A DNA stretch of 64,000 bases from an uncultured Candidatus Saccharibacteria bacterium (GTDB lineage: Bacteria > Patescibacteriota > Dojkabacteria > SC72). The stretch is taken from contig CAZEQZ010000001.1 of NCBI GenBank assembly GCA_964514595.1, forward strand, positions 267,847-331,846, read 5' to 3'. The notes beneath the pieces are model-generated. The model had not been told where the DNA came from, did no database searches, and worked only from the letters and a program-made list of their open reading frames with translations. Position numbers and translations under genes: made by a program. This document shows, in pieces, positions 49,478 through 59,109 of the stretch; positions within the stretch are counted from its first letter, which is position 1, and each line of letters starts with the position of its first letter.

Positions 49478-51250
49478 TTAGAAGTTAAAAAATTTCCTTA
49501 GGCTAAATCCTGTAGATATACCAAGAACGCTTCTTCCCTTTTTAATAACATTATTAAAGGGATTGCCTTTGTATACTACGTTTCTATCAATAATTATTTG
49601 ATCGTGACTAGAAGATCCGTCTTTGAAAAAAGAACTTACTCTTATAAATTGTTGAACCCCACTAAGCAAAGTCCCTTCAATAGTATATTCATCTTCCTGT
49701 TTGGTTGTTGTATATATGGGCTCGTTATTTAGATACACAACTGTTCTTTCCAAACCAGAGTTCTCCGTTATTGGATCCAATGAAAACTTAATAGATATGC
49801 TTTCCTCCATACTTATTGAAGTTCTTCCTTTGTTATCTTTTTTAGGTTCGATGATAGTAGTTCTCTGTTTGTCAAAACCTTTCTTGGGAGGTTGTGTGGA
49901 TACAGGATCTTTGATCTCAGAATCCCCTTCAAGAGGATCTTGTATACTCTGGTCTGGAGTATTCTCTTCTACATTCTCTTCGGGTTTTAGCTTCTCTACT
50001 GCTGCAACAAGATCAACTAAACCGTAGCCAAATATGATATCTTGTCCTTGTTCTCCTAGATCCACTGCAGTTTCTCTCAATACATTTCTTAACTCATCAG
50101 AAGTACAGGTACTACAGAAGCTTCTCACTATAGCTAGACTCCCAGCGACATGAGGAGAAGCCATACTAGTACCACTAAGATATCTATAGGTATTGTTTAA
50201 GTAGGTTGAATAATTGGAAACCCCTGGTGCTGCTAGTTCACCCCCAATATTACTAAAACTTGCGAGTTTGTTACTACTATCAGTTGCAACTACACATATA
50301 ACTGCTCCATAGGCTGCTGGATAGTTGCAGGGAGCTCCCGAGGAGTTACCTGCTGCACCCACTAGTAGCACTCCCTTGCTCGCTGCATAATTAATAGCAT
50401 TTCTTAATACGTCAGTATCAGTTGTTGTACCTAAACTAATATTAATGATTTGAGCTCCATTATCAGTAGCCCAATATACTCCCTTAGCTACATCTGAGAC
50501 ATAGCCAGAACCGGTGGAATTAAGAACTTTTATAGGCATCAATCTAGAAGAATAACTAGACCCGACAATTCCCACTTGGTTACTAAGCGCCGCTATGATA
50601 CCAGCGACATGAGTCCCATGCCCATTATCATCATTTGCTATATCTCGATTATTGACAAAGTCATACCCAGAAACTATATTTTGGGACAGATCTGTATGAT
50701 CTAGCTGAATACCGGTATCAATTACTGCTACTGTAACACCAACGCCATTTGAGCTTTCCCATATTTTATCAGCACCTATCCTGGTTACACCCCAATCTAC
50801 TGTGTCAGCAGAAATGGCTACTGGAACATCAGTTTCTATTGAATTTACAGATTTGTCTTTAGTTAACCCCTCTACATTACTCTGATCGGTAATGAGGACA
50901 GAATATATCCCACTTGTTGGCTTGTCGTTAGTAAATTTAATCCCATATTCCTCCTCTATCTCAATCTTTTGAGATTCAGTTAAATCTGTTTGAAATTTAA
51001 CAACTTTCCTCCTTTCATCTAATTTGATCTCCCCTTGTTTCTCAGGATTAATACTGGTTTCATCCTGTACAGCCAGCTCTTGATAATCTGACTTTAACTC
51101 ATTGCTATAGTCCGAAATATATTTAGAAAGTAGAGGGTAGTTGTTGGTAAATTCAGAAGTGTCTTGGGAGAAAAGAAGAATGAATGCTGATAGCAAAACA
51201 ACGGCGAAGGAAATGATTGCTATCCCAAGAAATGTATATCTACTTCTCAT
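49478..51250 (-). CDS. Membrane-anchored S8 subtilisin-like serine protease
   Basis: VAVIDTG (Asp), HGTHVAG (His), AAGN, GTSMASPHVAG (Ser); N-terminal TM and propeptide. Confidence 0.95.
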   Translation of the reverse strand: MRSRYTFLGIAIISFAVVLLSAFILLFSQDTSEFTNNYPLLSKYISDYSNELKSDYQELAVQDETSINPEKQGEIKLDERRKVVKFQTDLTESQKIEIEEEYGIKFTNDKPTSGIYSVLITDQSNVEGLTKDKSVNSIETDVPVAISADTVDWGVTRIGADKIWESSNGVGVTVAVIDTGIQLDHTDLSQNIVSGYDFVNNRDIANDDNGHGTHVAGIIAALSNQVGIVGSSYSSRLMPIKVLNSTGSGYVSDVAKGVYWATDNGAQIINISLGTTTDTDVLRNAINYAASKGVLLVGAAGNSSGAPCNYPAAYGAVICVVATDSSNKLASFSNIGGELAAPGVSNYSTYLNNTYRYLSGTSMASPHVAGSLAIVRSFCSTCTSDELRNVLRETAVDLGEQGQDIIFGYGLVDLVAAVEKLKPEENVEENTPDQSIQDPLEGDSEIKDPVSTQPPKKGFDKQRTTIIEPKKDNKGRTSISMEESISIKFSLDPITENSGLERTVVYLNNEPIYTTTKQEDEYTIEGTLLSGVQQFIRVSSFFKDGSSSHDQIIIDRNVVYKGNPFNNVIKKGRSVLGISTGFSLRKFFNF

Positions 51251-51301
51251 TTTTTTGAAGTATTAACTTATACTAAATTTAATCAAATAGTATATGACAA
51301 G

Positions 51302-51895
51302 TCAATCAAGGGAATGTTTATTCTCAGTAAATTTTTCTGTTAAAGAAAAACAACAACCACAATAATTCTGTTTATAAAATCCTTTGTGATTACAATTATG
51401 TTTTGAGTCAATATTTATAAAGTTCAAGGAATAATTTTTGTTTAGATCAGCTGCAATTTTTAAAATCATATCCCTATCTTGATACATACTAGTTAGCAGT
51501 GTTGTCGTAATATTTTTTATATTATTCTGTTTAGCATATTTAAAAAGGTATCCCAATCTTAATTCCCAACATCCCACACACCTTCTCTTTTTCTTTGTTA
51601 TAGCTTTAATATATTCTTTAGGTTTGTAATCTGGTATAACGATCTTCACATCTAAAGGAATAACACTCCTCAGGGAATTTAATCTTTCAATATACTCAGA
51701 TCTTGGATGTATGTTAGGGTTATAAAAAAGGGATATTATCTTGGTTGATTCATTAATAAGACCCTCTTCTTTTAGATAGTTTAGAGTATTCAAAAAGCAA
51801 TCAGCGCAACATGTATGCACTAATACTGATCCCAATACTAAGTCCGACATAGTCAATAGTCCTTTATTTATATATTCTATTCTACAAATTAACAA
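51302..51895 (-). CDS. queH: Epoxyqueuosine reductase QueH (DUF208); start probably the internal MSDLVLG
   Basis: HTCCADC, FYNPNIHP..EY..R, RCVGC..LRL, TTTL, YKQNYCGC. Confidence 0.85.
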   Translation of the reverse strand: MLICRIEYINKGLLTMSDLVLGSVLVHTCCADCFLNTLNYLKEEGLINESTKIISLFYNPNIHPRSEYIERLNSLRSVIPLDVKIVIPDYKPKEYIKAITKKKRRCVGCWELRLGYLFKYAKQNNIKNITTTLLTSMYQDRDMILKIAADLNKNYSLNFINIDSKHNCNHKGFYKQNYCGCCFSLTEKFTENKHSLD

Positions 51896-51980
51896 TGAAA
51901 TTTAACATACTATATGTCATTATTTGTCAGGTATAAATTTTTCATGTACCATGTATTGTTAACCTATATAATTAGTATAC

Positions 51981-53324
51981 ATGAAGTATGATTTTATAGT
52001 TGTTGGTGCAGGTCCAGCGGGTCTTTTTGCTTGTTATGATTTACTTAGAGCTTCTAAAAAGTCCAAAATTGCTCTTGTGGAGATGGGAAAAAGGATGGGA
52101 AAGAGAAGAAGGAATGAAGTAATGTCAGGCTTTGGAGGTGCTGGTACATTTTCCGATGGGAAGCTAACATTGACCGCAAATCTCTCACACGAAAAAGCAT
52201 TTCATCTTATAAATAAAAATAAATATCAAAAACTTCTTGATGAGGTTGACACTATACTAACAGAATTTGGTGTAGACTCAGAGTATTACCCAAAGGAAAC
52301 AAAGGAATTAAATGATTTAGTATTAGAATCGAAAAGAAATGATGTTGAATTAGTACTTAGGAAAGCTAGGCATGTTGGAACTGATAAACTACGTGATGTT
52401 ATGGAAAAATTCCAAGACCATCTTCTAGAGAGCAAGGTGGAAATACTAGATAGTATGAAAGTAACGGATTTGATAGTAGAAAATAATGTTGTGAAAGGAG
52501 TTAAAACAGATAAGGGCGATCTATTATCAAAAAAGGTACTCCTTGCACCGGGAAGGGTAAATGCAAAATGGCTACAAAATTTGTCTGATATGTATGACAT
52601 AGAATATATATACGATAAGGTGGAGGTGGGTGTTAGAGTCGAATTCCCCTCATCAATTATGCAAAAACAGGCGGATACTCTTTATGAAACTGTGTATAGG
52701 GTTAGGACAAAAACATATCATGATATTGTTAGGACCTTTTGTAGCTGTCCAAATGGTATGGTCTCAACTGAAAAGTATGATGGCTATGTTTGTGTTAATG
52801 GACACTCAAATTCAGATCACATATCTGAAAACTCCAATTTCGCATTTTTGTGTGAAGTAAATCTTACTAGGCCTGTTGAAAATTCTATAGCATATGCCAA
52901 ATCTATAGCTGAAGTAGCATCTACAATAGGAGGAGGAAAGCCAATATTGCAATCGTTAGAAGATTTGAGATATGGTCGGAGAAGTACAGAGAGTCGCTTA
53001 GAAAAATCTTTTGTAACACCATCCTTAGATATAGAGGAAGTCACCCCTGGAGATATATCTATGGCCCTTCCCTACAGAATAGTTGTGAATATATTAGAAG
53101 GTTTAGAAATATTAGATAAGGTAATGCCCGGAATAAATTGCGGCTCTACCCTACTATATGCGCCAGAGGTGAAATTTAGATCATCGAGAACAAAGACAAA
53201 TAGAGATATGCAGACTTCAGTGAAAGGATTATATGTTGCAGGTGATGGTGCAGGATTGTCAGGTTCTATAACAGGTGCAGCTGTAACGGGTTTAATGGCG
53301 GCTAAGGGTATGTTAAAGAGTTAA
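51981..53324 (+). CDS. FAD-dependent oxidoreductase (COG2509-like)
   Basis: VGAGPAG, GFGGAGTFSDGKL, HVGTD, GVRVE, RTFCSCP, VNGHS, GDGAG. Confidence 0.88.
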   Translation: MKYDFIVVGAGPAGLFACYDLLRASKKSKIALVEMGKRMGKRRRNEVMSGFGGAGTFSDGKLTLTANLSHEKAFHLINKNKYQKLLDEVDTILTEFGVDSEYYPKETKELNDLVLESKRNDVELVLRKARHVGTDKLRDVMEKFQDHLLESKVEILDSMKVTDLIVENNVVKGVKTDKGDLLSKKVLLAPGRVNAKWLQNLSDMYDIEYIYDKVEVGVRVEFPSSIMQKQADTLYETVYRVRTKTYHDIVRTFCSCPNGMVSTEKYDGYVCVNGHSNSDHISENSNFAFLCEVNLTRPVENSIAYAKSIAEVASTIGGGKPILQSLEDLRYGRRSTESRLEKSFVTPSLDIEEVTPGDISMALPYRIVVNILEGLEILDKVMPGINCGSTLLYAPEVKFRSSRTKTNRDMQTSVKGLYVAGDGAGLSGSITGAAVTGLMAAKGMLKS

Positions 53325-53459
53325 TATTTACAAATCTTTCATTATATATGATATAATGAAGATAGCTATGGAAGCTTTCTTCGTTAGATAGACTGCTTAG
53401 AGTGTATTCTCCCAATTAATGGTGTAGCAAAGATTTAATTTATTTTATTTATATAAATA

Positions 53460-53750
53460 ATGGGTAAAAAATTATTTGTAGGAAACCTTAGCTGGGATGT
53501 TAGAGACGAACAGTTAAAAGAAGTTTTCGGTGCTATTGGTACTGTTGAAGAAGCAGTAGTCATCATAGACAGAATGAAGAACAGATCCAAGGGATTTGGA
53601 TTTGTAACAATGTCTACTGAAGAGGAAGCACAAAGAGCTGTTGAAGAGCTTAACGGTAAAGAGGTAGATGGTAGAGCCATCAATGTCTCCGAAGCTCGAG
53701 AAGAAAGAAGAGATTCTTTTGACAGAGACAGAAGAAGTTACGATAGATAA
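53460..53750 (+). CDS. RRM (RNP-1) RNA-binding protein
   Basis: RNP2 LFVGNL, RNP1 KGFGFVTM. Confidence 0.95.
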   Translation: MGKKLFVGNLSWDVRDEQLKEVFGAIGTVEEAVVIIDRMKNRSKGFGFVTMSTEEEAQRAVEELNGKEVDGRAINVSEAREERRDSFDRDRRSYDR

Positions 53751-53767
53751 TTGTAATTTTAGAAATT

Positions 53768-53796
53768 AAAAGGGAGTAGCAATACTCCCTTTTTTT
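53768..53796. terminator. Bidirectional Rho-independent terminator
   Basis: AAAAGGGAGTA-GCAA-TACTCCCTTTTTTT between convergent genes. Confidence 0.88.
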
Positions 53797-53819
53797 ATTT
53801 GCTATATATGCTCTCTTGT

Positions 53820-54500
53820 TTAGTTTTTTATATCAACCCCTCCTAATATAGCAGTACCTGTTATTTCGAGAACGGGGTTTTCAACATCATTCGATTTCAA
53901 TTGAGGATCCCAACCACCCAACACTCCTGTTCCACTTGTCTTAATTCTACAATTTTTAGGAACGAATATATCTGCTCCCCCAAAAGCAACATTCACATTT
54001 AATTTAGCTCCATCCTTATGAACTTTAGCTTCCCTTAGGTCCAAGGTTAATCCGCCAAAAGCAACATTAAGTTCTCCTCCCTTAAATGCTTTAGAAGTCA
54101 GTTTTTTCTCACTACCCCAGAAAGCTACACTCTCTTTTATGTAATCTTCACTATACTCAGAAGATACAGTATTAAAATGTACAGAATCTTCTTTTCTAAT
54201 AAGGATAGAAACACCCAATGCAATTATTAATAATGGCCATAGAACAGAGAAGAAATTGAAATCAAACACATTAGTTAGAAATATCACTGCCCCCAATGTA
54301 AAAAGTATTACTCCTCCAGTGGTATTATTCTCAAAGAACAATTTTAATCCTATCGCTATGAGTATTAATGGCCAGAACATTCCAATCAATTGCCATACAT
54401 CCACATTAAATGGAAGAAATACTCCTAATCGCTCTACAAGAAGCAACCCTCCAATAGTTACAAGAGCTACTCCAATAATTATTTTAACCGAATCTTTCAT
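53820..54500 (-). CDS. LiaF-like membrane protein (DUF5668 TM + DUF2154)
   Basis: Two WPL.LI..G TM motifs; FGG.TLDLREA, FGGADIFVP. Confidence 0.8.
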   Translation of the reverse strand: MKDSVKIIIGVALVTIGGLLLVERLGVFLPFNVDVWQLIGMFWPLILIAIGLKLFFENNTTGGVILFTLGAVIFLTNVFDFNFFSVLWPLLIIALGVSILIRKEDSVHFNTVSSEYSEDYIKESVAFWGSEKKLTSKAFKGGELNVAFGGLTLDLREAKVHKDGAKLNVNVAFGGADIFVPKNCRIKTSGTGVLGGWDPQLKSNDVENPVLEITGTAILGGVDIKN

Positions 54501-54512
54501 ATTTATTTATAA

Positions 54513-55517
54513 TTAAATATTATTTATTTCTAAAGAGCCAACGCCTACTTTAGCAACTATCTCTATCTTAATCTCAGCTTCCTCATAGTTTGACGAGGTA
54601 TATGTATCCTTTTTTCCTAAAGATGCAGCTATCTCATTTCCATTCTCAGAAATCTCTCCCACTCCTAGATCATACGAGATTGTGTAGCCCACTTCCTCTG
54701 GAATATTTAGAATCATAGAACCAGCTCCTATCTCCATATTTATTTTCTCAGGGATAGATAAGCTGTCAAGAGTTGCGGTTAATTGACCGGCACCAATCTT
54801 ACAATCAAGTTCTCCTACTCCTACTCTATTCAAATCAACACTCCCCTCCCCTGCACCAAGTATTATGTATATATCATTGGGAATCTCAACACTACCCAAT
54901 GATAGATTAAACTCTGTGGAGTATACTCCCCACGATACAAAGTGTCTTGGAGAAACTGTATCGAAAGATATCTCTAAGACACTGTCTTTCTTTTCTGCCT
55001 TTAAAGAGGGCTCAATATATCCTTTTGTGTATATGGAATTTAAAGAGATATACTCCTCCTCGGAAGCTTCATCAGTTAAATTAAATTTTGATGCTCCAAC
55101 ATTAATATTTAATCGTCTTTTCAAAATATCTTCATAGTTTGATGTGGCGACTGAGGTGCTCTCCTCCACTTCGTTGCCTCTGTGAGGAATCAACCAGTCT
55201 GGATTTTCTATGATGTAGTTCTGAAGATTTAAAGGAAGTAATGGAATTGATCTTTGAGTATATGATACATATGAAAATATCCCAACTATTGCAAAAAGTA
55301 CGACTGCAAAAGCTGTGATCAAAATTTCAGTAACAACAGAATGTCCTAATATTAATTTAATTCCCGCTAATATTAAGAATACAGGCCAAAATCTTAATAT
55401 ATATTCCCATATACCCCAGCCTACAACACCAGTTGTATTTAAGAGGAATATACTTCCAATGAATATTAGAAATATTGCAAATACAACATCTCTCTTCTCT
55501 TTTATTCCTTCATTCAT
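54513..55517 (-). CDS. LiaI/LiaF-type TM protein with beta-solenoid ('toast rack'-like) domain
   Basis: FWPVFLILAG TM motif; repeated GAG/GVG beta motifs. Confidence 0.72.
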   Translation of the reverse strand: MNEGIKEKRDVVFAIFLIFIGSIFLLNTTGVVGWGIWEYILRFWPVFLILAGIKLILGHSVVTEILITAFAVVLFAIVGIFSYVSYTQRSIPLLPLNLQNYIIENPDWLIPHRGNEVEESTSVATSNYEDILKRRLNINVGASKFNLTDEASEEEYISLNSIYTKGYIEPSLKAEKKDSVLEISFDTVSPRHFVSWGVYSTEFNLSLGSVEIPNDIYIILGAGEGSVDLNRVGVGELDCKIGAGQLTATLDSLSIPEKINMEIGAGSMILNIPEEVGYTISYDLGVGEISENGNEIAASLGKKDTYTSSNYEEAEIKIEIVAKVGVGSLEINNI

Positions 55518-55534
55518 AATTTAAAATATTAAAA

Positions 55535-55837
55535 TTATTTCTTTTTAGTATCAGAAGTAACTTCCCTTTTGATACCTTTTGTTGCTTTCTCTACATTCTC
55601 TTTAATCTCCTTAGCGTTTTCTTGTATTACTTCATCAGTATTCTTGTCTATACTATTCTCCGAAGGTATGACTATCCACAGTACAATATATACAGTTAAT
55701 CCAAATCCACCTGATGTTGACGCTAGTATAAATAAGATTCTAACAATTATTGGATCGATATTTAGATATTCGGCCAATCCCCCACATACTCCTCCAATTA
55801 TTTTGTCGGTTTCGGATCTATATAGTCTTTTTGTCAT
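55535..55837 (-). CDS. pspC: PspC domain protein
   Basis: RLYRSETDKIIGGVCGGLAEY..IDP.IVR...YIVLWIVIP. Confidence 0.92.
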   Translation of the reverse strand: MTKRLYRSETDKIIGGVCGGLAEYLNIDPIIVRILFILASTSGGFGLTVYIVLWIVIPSENSIDKNTDEVIQENAKEIKENVEKATKGIKREVTSDTKKK

Positions 55838-55931
55838 AATAATTTGTAGATTTAAGTTAGCTGTATAGTAATATACTATACTAAGATTATGAAATTTTCA
55901 ATAATTTAATATATACTGAATATATATAATT

Positions 55932-56330
55932 TTGATTAAAATAAATATGACAGAATTAAATCAGATATATAAATGTGAGGTGTGTGGGAATATTATTGAG
56001 GTTGTACATACGGGTATTGGCACACTGGTTTGTTGTGATAAGCCGATGGTTCTTCAAATAGAGCATGATAAGGATGAAGGTTTTGAGAAACATCTCCCAG
56101 CACTATCATTTGAAGGAGGTACCCTCACAGTCACAATAGGTAGTACCCTGCATCCAATGGAGGAAGCCCACTACATAGAGTGGATTGAGTATATTGTTGA
56201 TGGTGAGGTTTTTAGAAAACATCTTAAACCAGGGGAGAAGCCTGAAGCAGTTTTCAATTTTAAAGAGAGTAACCATTACACAGTAAGGGCGTATTGTAAT
56301 ATACACGGTCTTTGGGAAATGAGGATGTAG
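55932..56330 (+). CDS. dfx: Desulfoferrodoxin / superoxide reductase (start probably the internal ATG, MTELNQ)
   Basis: YKCEVCGN..LVCC centre I; EKHLP, HPMEEAHYIEWI, YCNIHGLW centre II. Confidence 0.95.
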   Translation: MIKINMTELNQIYKCEVCGNIIEVVHTGIGTLVCCDKPMVLQIEHDKDEGFEKHLPALSFEGGTLTVTIGSTLHPMEEAHYIEWIEYIVDGEVFRKHLKPGEKPEAVFNFKESNHYTVRAYCNIHGLWEMRM

Positions 56331-57893
56331 TTAGTAATAAATACCTGAAAGTATACTTTTGAATCTTTCTAAATCTTCAGAGATGTGTACTCTTGGTAGG
56401 ACAAGTCTCTTTCCGTAGTAATGATCTATTGTCTTCCCACAAGAAAATCCAAGATTATAGCCACTACTTTGGACAATGTTAAAAACTGTTGTATTACCAA
56501 CACAACCAGGATATGCAAATGCACGTACACCTTTCTTAGTAATAGATTCTAATGTACCCCTACTTCCCCCTATCTCCGTTTGGAGAACTGATGTGTCGCT
56601 AATTTTACTTAAATCAGGATGAGTTGCACTATGCGATTGGATATCCATACCATTATCAGACATTTCTTTCAATCTGTCGAAAGTGATAATACTTCTGCTT
56701 GAAGGGACAAAAAATACTCCTGTATGACCATATTTTTTAAGTATGGGATATGCACTGATATAGTGGCTTTCAGTGGAATCATCAAAGGTTAAGAGTACTG
56801 TTTTCTGTGTTGAATTTTGACCAGAAGCAAGTAAATTGTAGAACTCTTCAGTTGTGATGCTTCTATAATTTTTTTTAGTTAAATATGCTATTTGTTTCTC
56901 AAAGGATTCTGGTGATACATACAAACCTTTTTTGAAATTACTTCCCTCTTCAGGTATATAATCAATATGATGATACATTAACACAGGAATTCTCACTGAT
57001 CCTTCTGGCTGTATAACGGGCGGGATATCATACTCTAATTCAAAATTATTGTTATTAATAGTTAAACTGCTGTATGCAGATTTTGATACAACATCCGGGT
57101 ATATGAGATATGAATTGTTTTCAAATGATATTACATATGCAAACATTTCATCCTCATTGATTCTTATATTAGGCAATTGTCTTATTATATTTAAGATTGA
57201 TCTTTTTGAAGCTGTAATTTCTTCTTCTACTTGATTTGTCTTGATTAATTCTAAAATGGAAGAGGCATCCTTCCTTAAATTATTGAAAATAGGAAATTCT
57301 TTGGAGATATACTCAAGATAGTTGTAAATATACTCATAATCTTCAGAATTATTTTCAAGAACAATATCAATATTTTCGTTAATATTCATCTCCTTTTTAT
57401 CTCTATTACTCTCATATCGACTATCTTTCTCTTCAGTCTTATTTAAAAACTTTCTAATTTGATTCTCCTTGTAATCAAAATAATATGAGATAGTGTTGGA
57501 GGGAATATATACATAATCGTTGTTTTGAGTAATTTCAGAATATGCTTTATATAGATTCCCAATATTATCTTCACTGTCGCTTGTAATGGGGACATAAGTG
57601 TATCCATAATTAAGTAGTTGAATTCTGTTCTCTTGTGTTAATGTAAGCTTATTTCTTAAAAAGAAGTCCTCTAAATTATCTGGAAGAAATTCTAATGACA
57701 GATTTTCTTTCTGTATAGAAGTCACAGATAGCTCGGTATATTCCGAGATATTGGGACGGGTAATTATATATTGGGGATGTATAAAGAAAAGAGCATAAAT
57801 CAAATATCCAAGATATATATAGAGAGCAGTGAGTATAGAAGTAAAAACAAATATATATGTTTTACTAATTGTATTTTCTGTGTTTTTCCTCAA
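56331..57893 (-). CDS. Membrane-anchored polysaccharide deacetylase (CE4) with N-terminal extension
   Basis: IPVLMYHH, LTFDD, SHSATHP, FAYPG. Confidence 0.88.
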   Translation of the reverse strand: MRKNTENTISKTYIFVFTSILTALYIYLGYLIYALFFIHPQYIITRPNISEYTELSVTSIQKENLSLEFLPDNLEDFFLRNKLTLTQENRIQLLNYGYTYVPITSDSEDNIGNLYKAYSEITQNNDYVYIPSNTISYYFDYKENQIRKFLNKTEEKDSRYESNRDKKEMNINENIDIVLENNSEDYEYIYNYLEYISKEFPIFNNLRKDASSILELIKTNQVEEEITASKRSILNIIRQLPNIRINEDEMFAYVISFENNSYLIYPDVVSKSAYSSLTINNNNFELEYDIPPVIQPEGSVRIPVLMYHHIDYIPEEGSNFKKGLYVSPESFEKQIAYLTKKNYRSITTEEFYNLLASGQNSTQKTVLLTFDDSTESHYISAYPILKKYGHTGVFFVPSSRSIITFDRLKEMSDNGMDIQSHSATHPDLSKISDTSVLQTEIGGSRGTLESITKKGVRAFAYPGCVGNTTVFNIVQSSGYNLGFSCGKTIDHYYGKRLVLPRVHISEDLERFKSILSGIYY

Positions 57894-57898
57894 TAATG

Positions 57899-58645
57899 TT
57901 ATTTCTTCTCAGTTATAGTTTCCTTTTTACAATATGTATTAGCAAATAGATTAATTAGTATTGAAATTATTGATACCATAGATGCTCCAGTCACTATATC
58001 AGAAAGGGAGAAAGAGTGAATTAATATGCCAGTTACTGCCCATATGATTACAAGTGGATAGAAGATGTCCTTTTTAATTGAGGTCATTAATATAGATAGC
58101 ATTGTAGCAACCCCTATCATTACAACAGCCCATATCTCTTCTGGTACTCCCATGGTACAACACTTAAAAATATGCAAAGCTCCTGCTATATTCGCTATTG
58201 TGGCAACAGATATCCAACCTAAATAAATTTGGAAGGGTATTCTTTTTAATTTTGTATAGTTTTTACTATCCATATGGCTATATATCATTAAAAGAGAGAG
58301 CAATAAGAGGATCATAGGAATTACACTTAGTGCTACCTTTTGATAATGCCAGAGAACAATCCAACATATATTGGCTAGACTGGAGAGAATAAACCAGGGA
58401 AATACTTCTTCATCCACTTTCTCGAATTTCTTGAAAAGAAATATAGAGTAATAGATTAACCCTAAATATATTACTCCCCATATACTAAATACATATCCAG
58501 CGGGTACGAAGTATATAGGAATAGCATCTGATAGTTCTTTTGTAGTTAAACCGTTAATAGGAAGAGCATTAGCTAGTATATTAACAACAATAGTTGCTGC
58601 TACTGATAACAAAACAACAATTTTGATCAGTGTTTCCTTTTTCAT
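57899..58645 (-). CDS. TspO-like tryptophan-rich membrane protein
   Basis: PAGYVFSIWGVIY, NICWIVLW, PFQIYLGWISVATIAN. Confidence 0.8.
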   Translation of the reverse strand: MKKETLIKIVVLLSVAATIVVNILANALPINGLTTKELSDAIPIYFVPAGYVFSIWGVIYLGLIYYSIFLFKKFEKVDEEVFPWFILSSLANICWIVLWHYQKVALSVIPMILLLLSLLMIYSHMDSKNYTKLKRIPFQIYLGWISVATIANIAGALHIFKCCTMGVPEEIWAVVMIGVATMLSILMTSIKKDIFYPLVIIWAVTGILIHSFSLSDIVTGASMVSIISILINLFANTYCKKETITEKK

Positions 58646-58696
58646 ATCCTTAAGGCAGAACTTTATATATCATAATATACAGTATTCATCTTAGGA

Positions 58697-58751
58697 AAAA
58701 AAGAAGGATGTGGGTTAATATATGTGAAATTAAATCATATTAACCCACATC
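58697..58751 (-). terminator. Long hairpin terminator
   Basis: 15-bp perfect inverted repeat GATGTGGGTTAATAT / ATATTAACCCACATC (58707-58751) followed by CTTCTTTTTTT on the minus strand. Confidence 0.75.
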
Positions 58752-58780
58752 GCAGGCAGGCTATTTCTTTTTACTTTTCT

Positions 58781-58879
58781 TTATCTATGACCGTTCTTCC
58801 CATTTGTTTTACTTGTTGGCTTTTGTTTTTTCTGCTCTTTCCTTTTTCTTTTCTTCTTTGTATTGTTTTTATCTGCCAA
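58781..58879 (-). CDS. Small Lys-rich peptide (32 aa, MADKNNTKKKRKRKEQKKQKPTSKTNGKNGHR)
   Basis: AAGGAG SD 8 nt before the TTG; terminator downstream. Confidence 0.45.
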   Translation of the reverse strand: MADKNNTKKKRKRKEQKKQKPTSKTNGKNGHR

Positions 58880-59109
58880 GAGAAACTCTCCTTTCTTTGT
58901 TGGTTGAAAAAGAATTGTAAAAAGATGTTTGATTATACCTAATATATAAGGAAATATTAAGAATTGCAGTATAGATTTTTTAAGATGCAAAATATATAAT
59001 TGTGGATAAATATGTTAGGACATATCTGAGCATGGTCGCTTAAGGATATGATGCCATTCTAACATGTTCTTTAACAACTTAGTGTGGAGAATTAGAAAAA
59101 GAGGAAAAA

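Noticed and set aside
53358-53382. Hairpin in the RRM gene leader as a riboswitch or thermometer
   Set aside because: It starts directly after the TATAAT box, so the left arm is probably not fully transcribed; no known aptamer motif
59001-59009. Replication origin
   Set aside because: Only one DnaA box seen; no dnaA/dnaN and no box cluster
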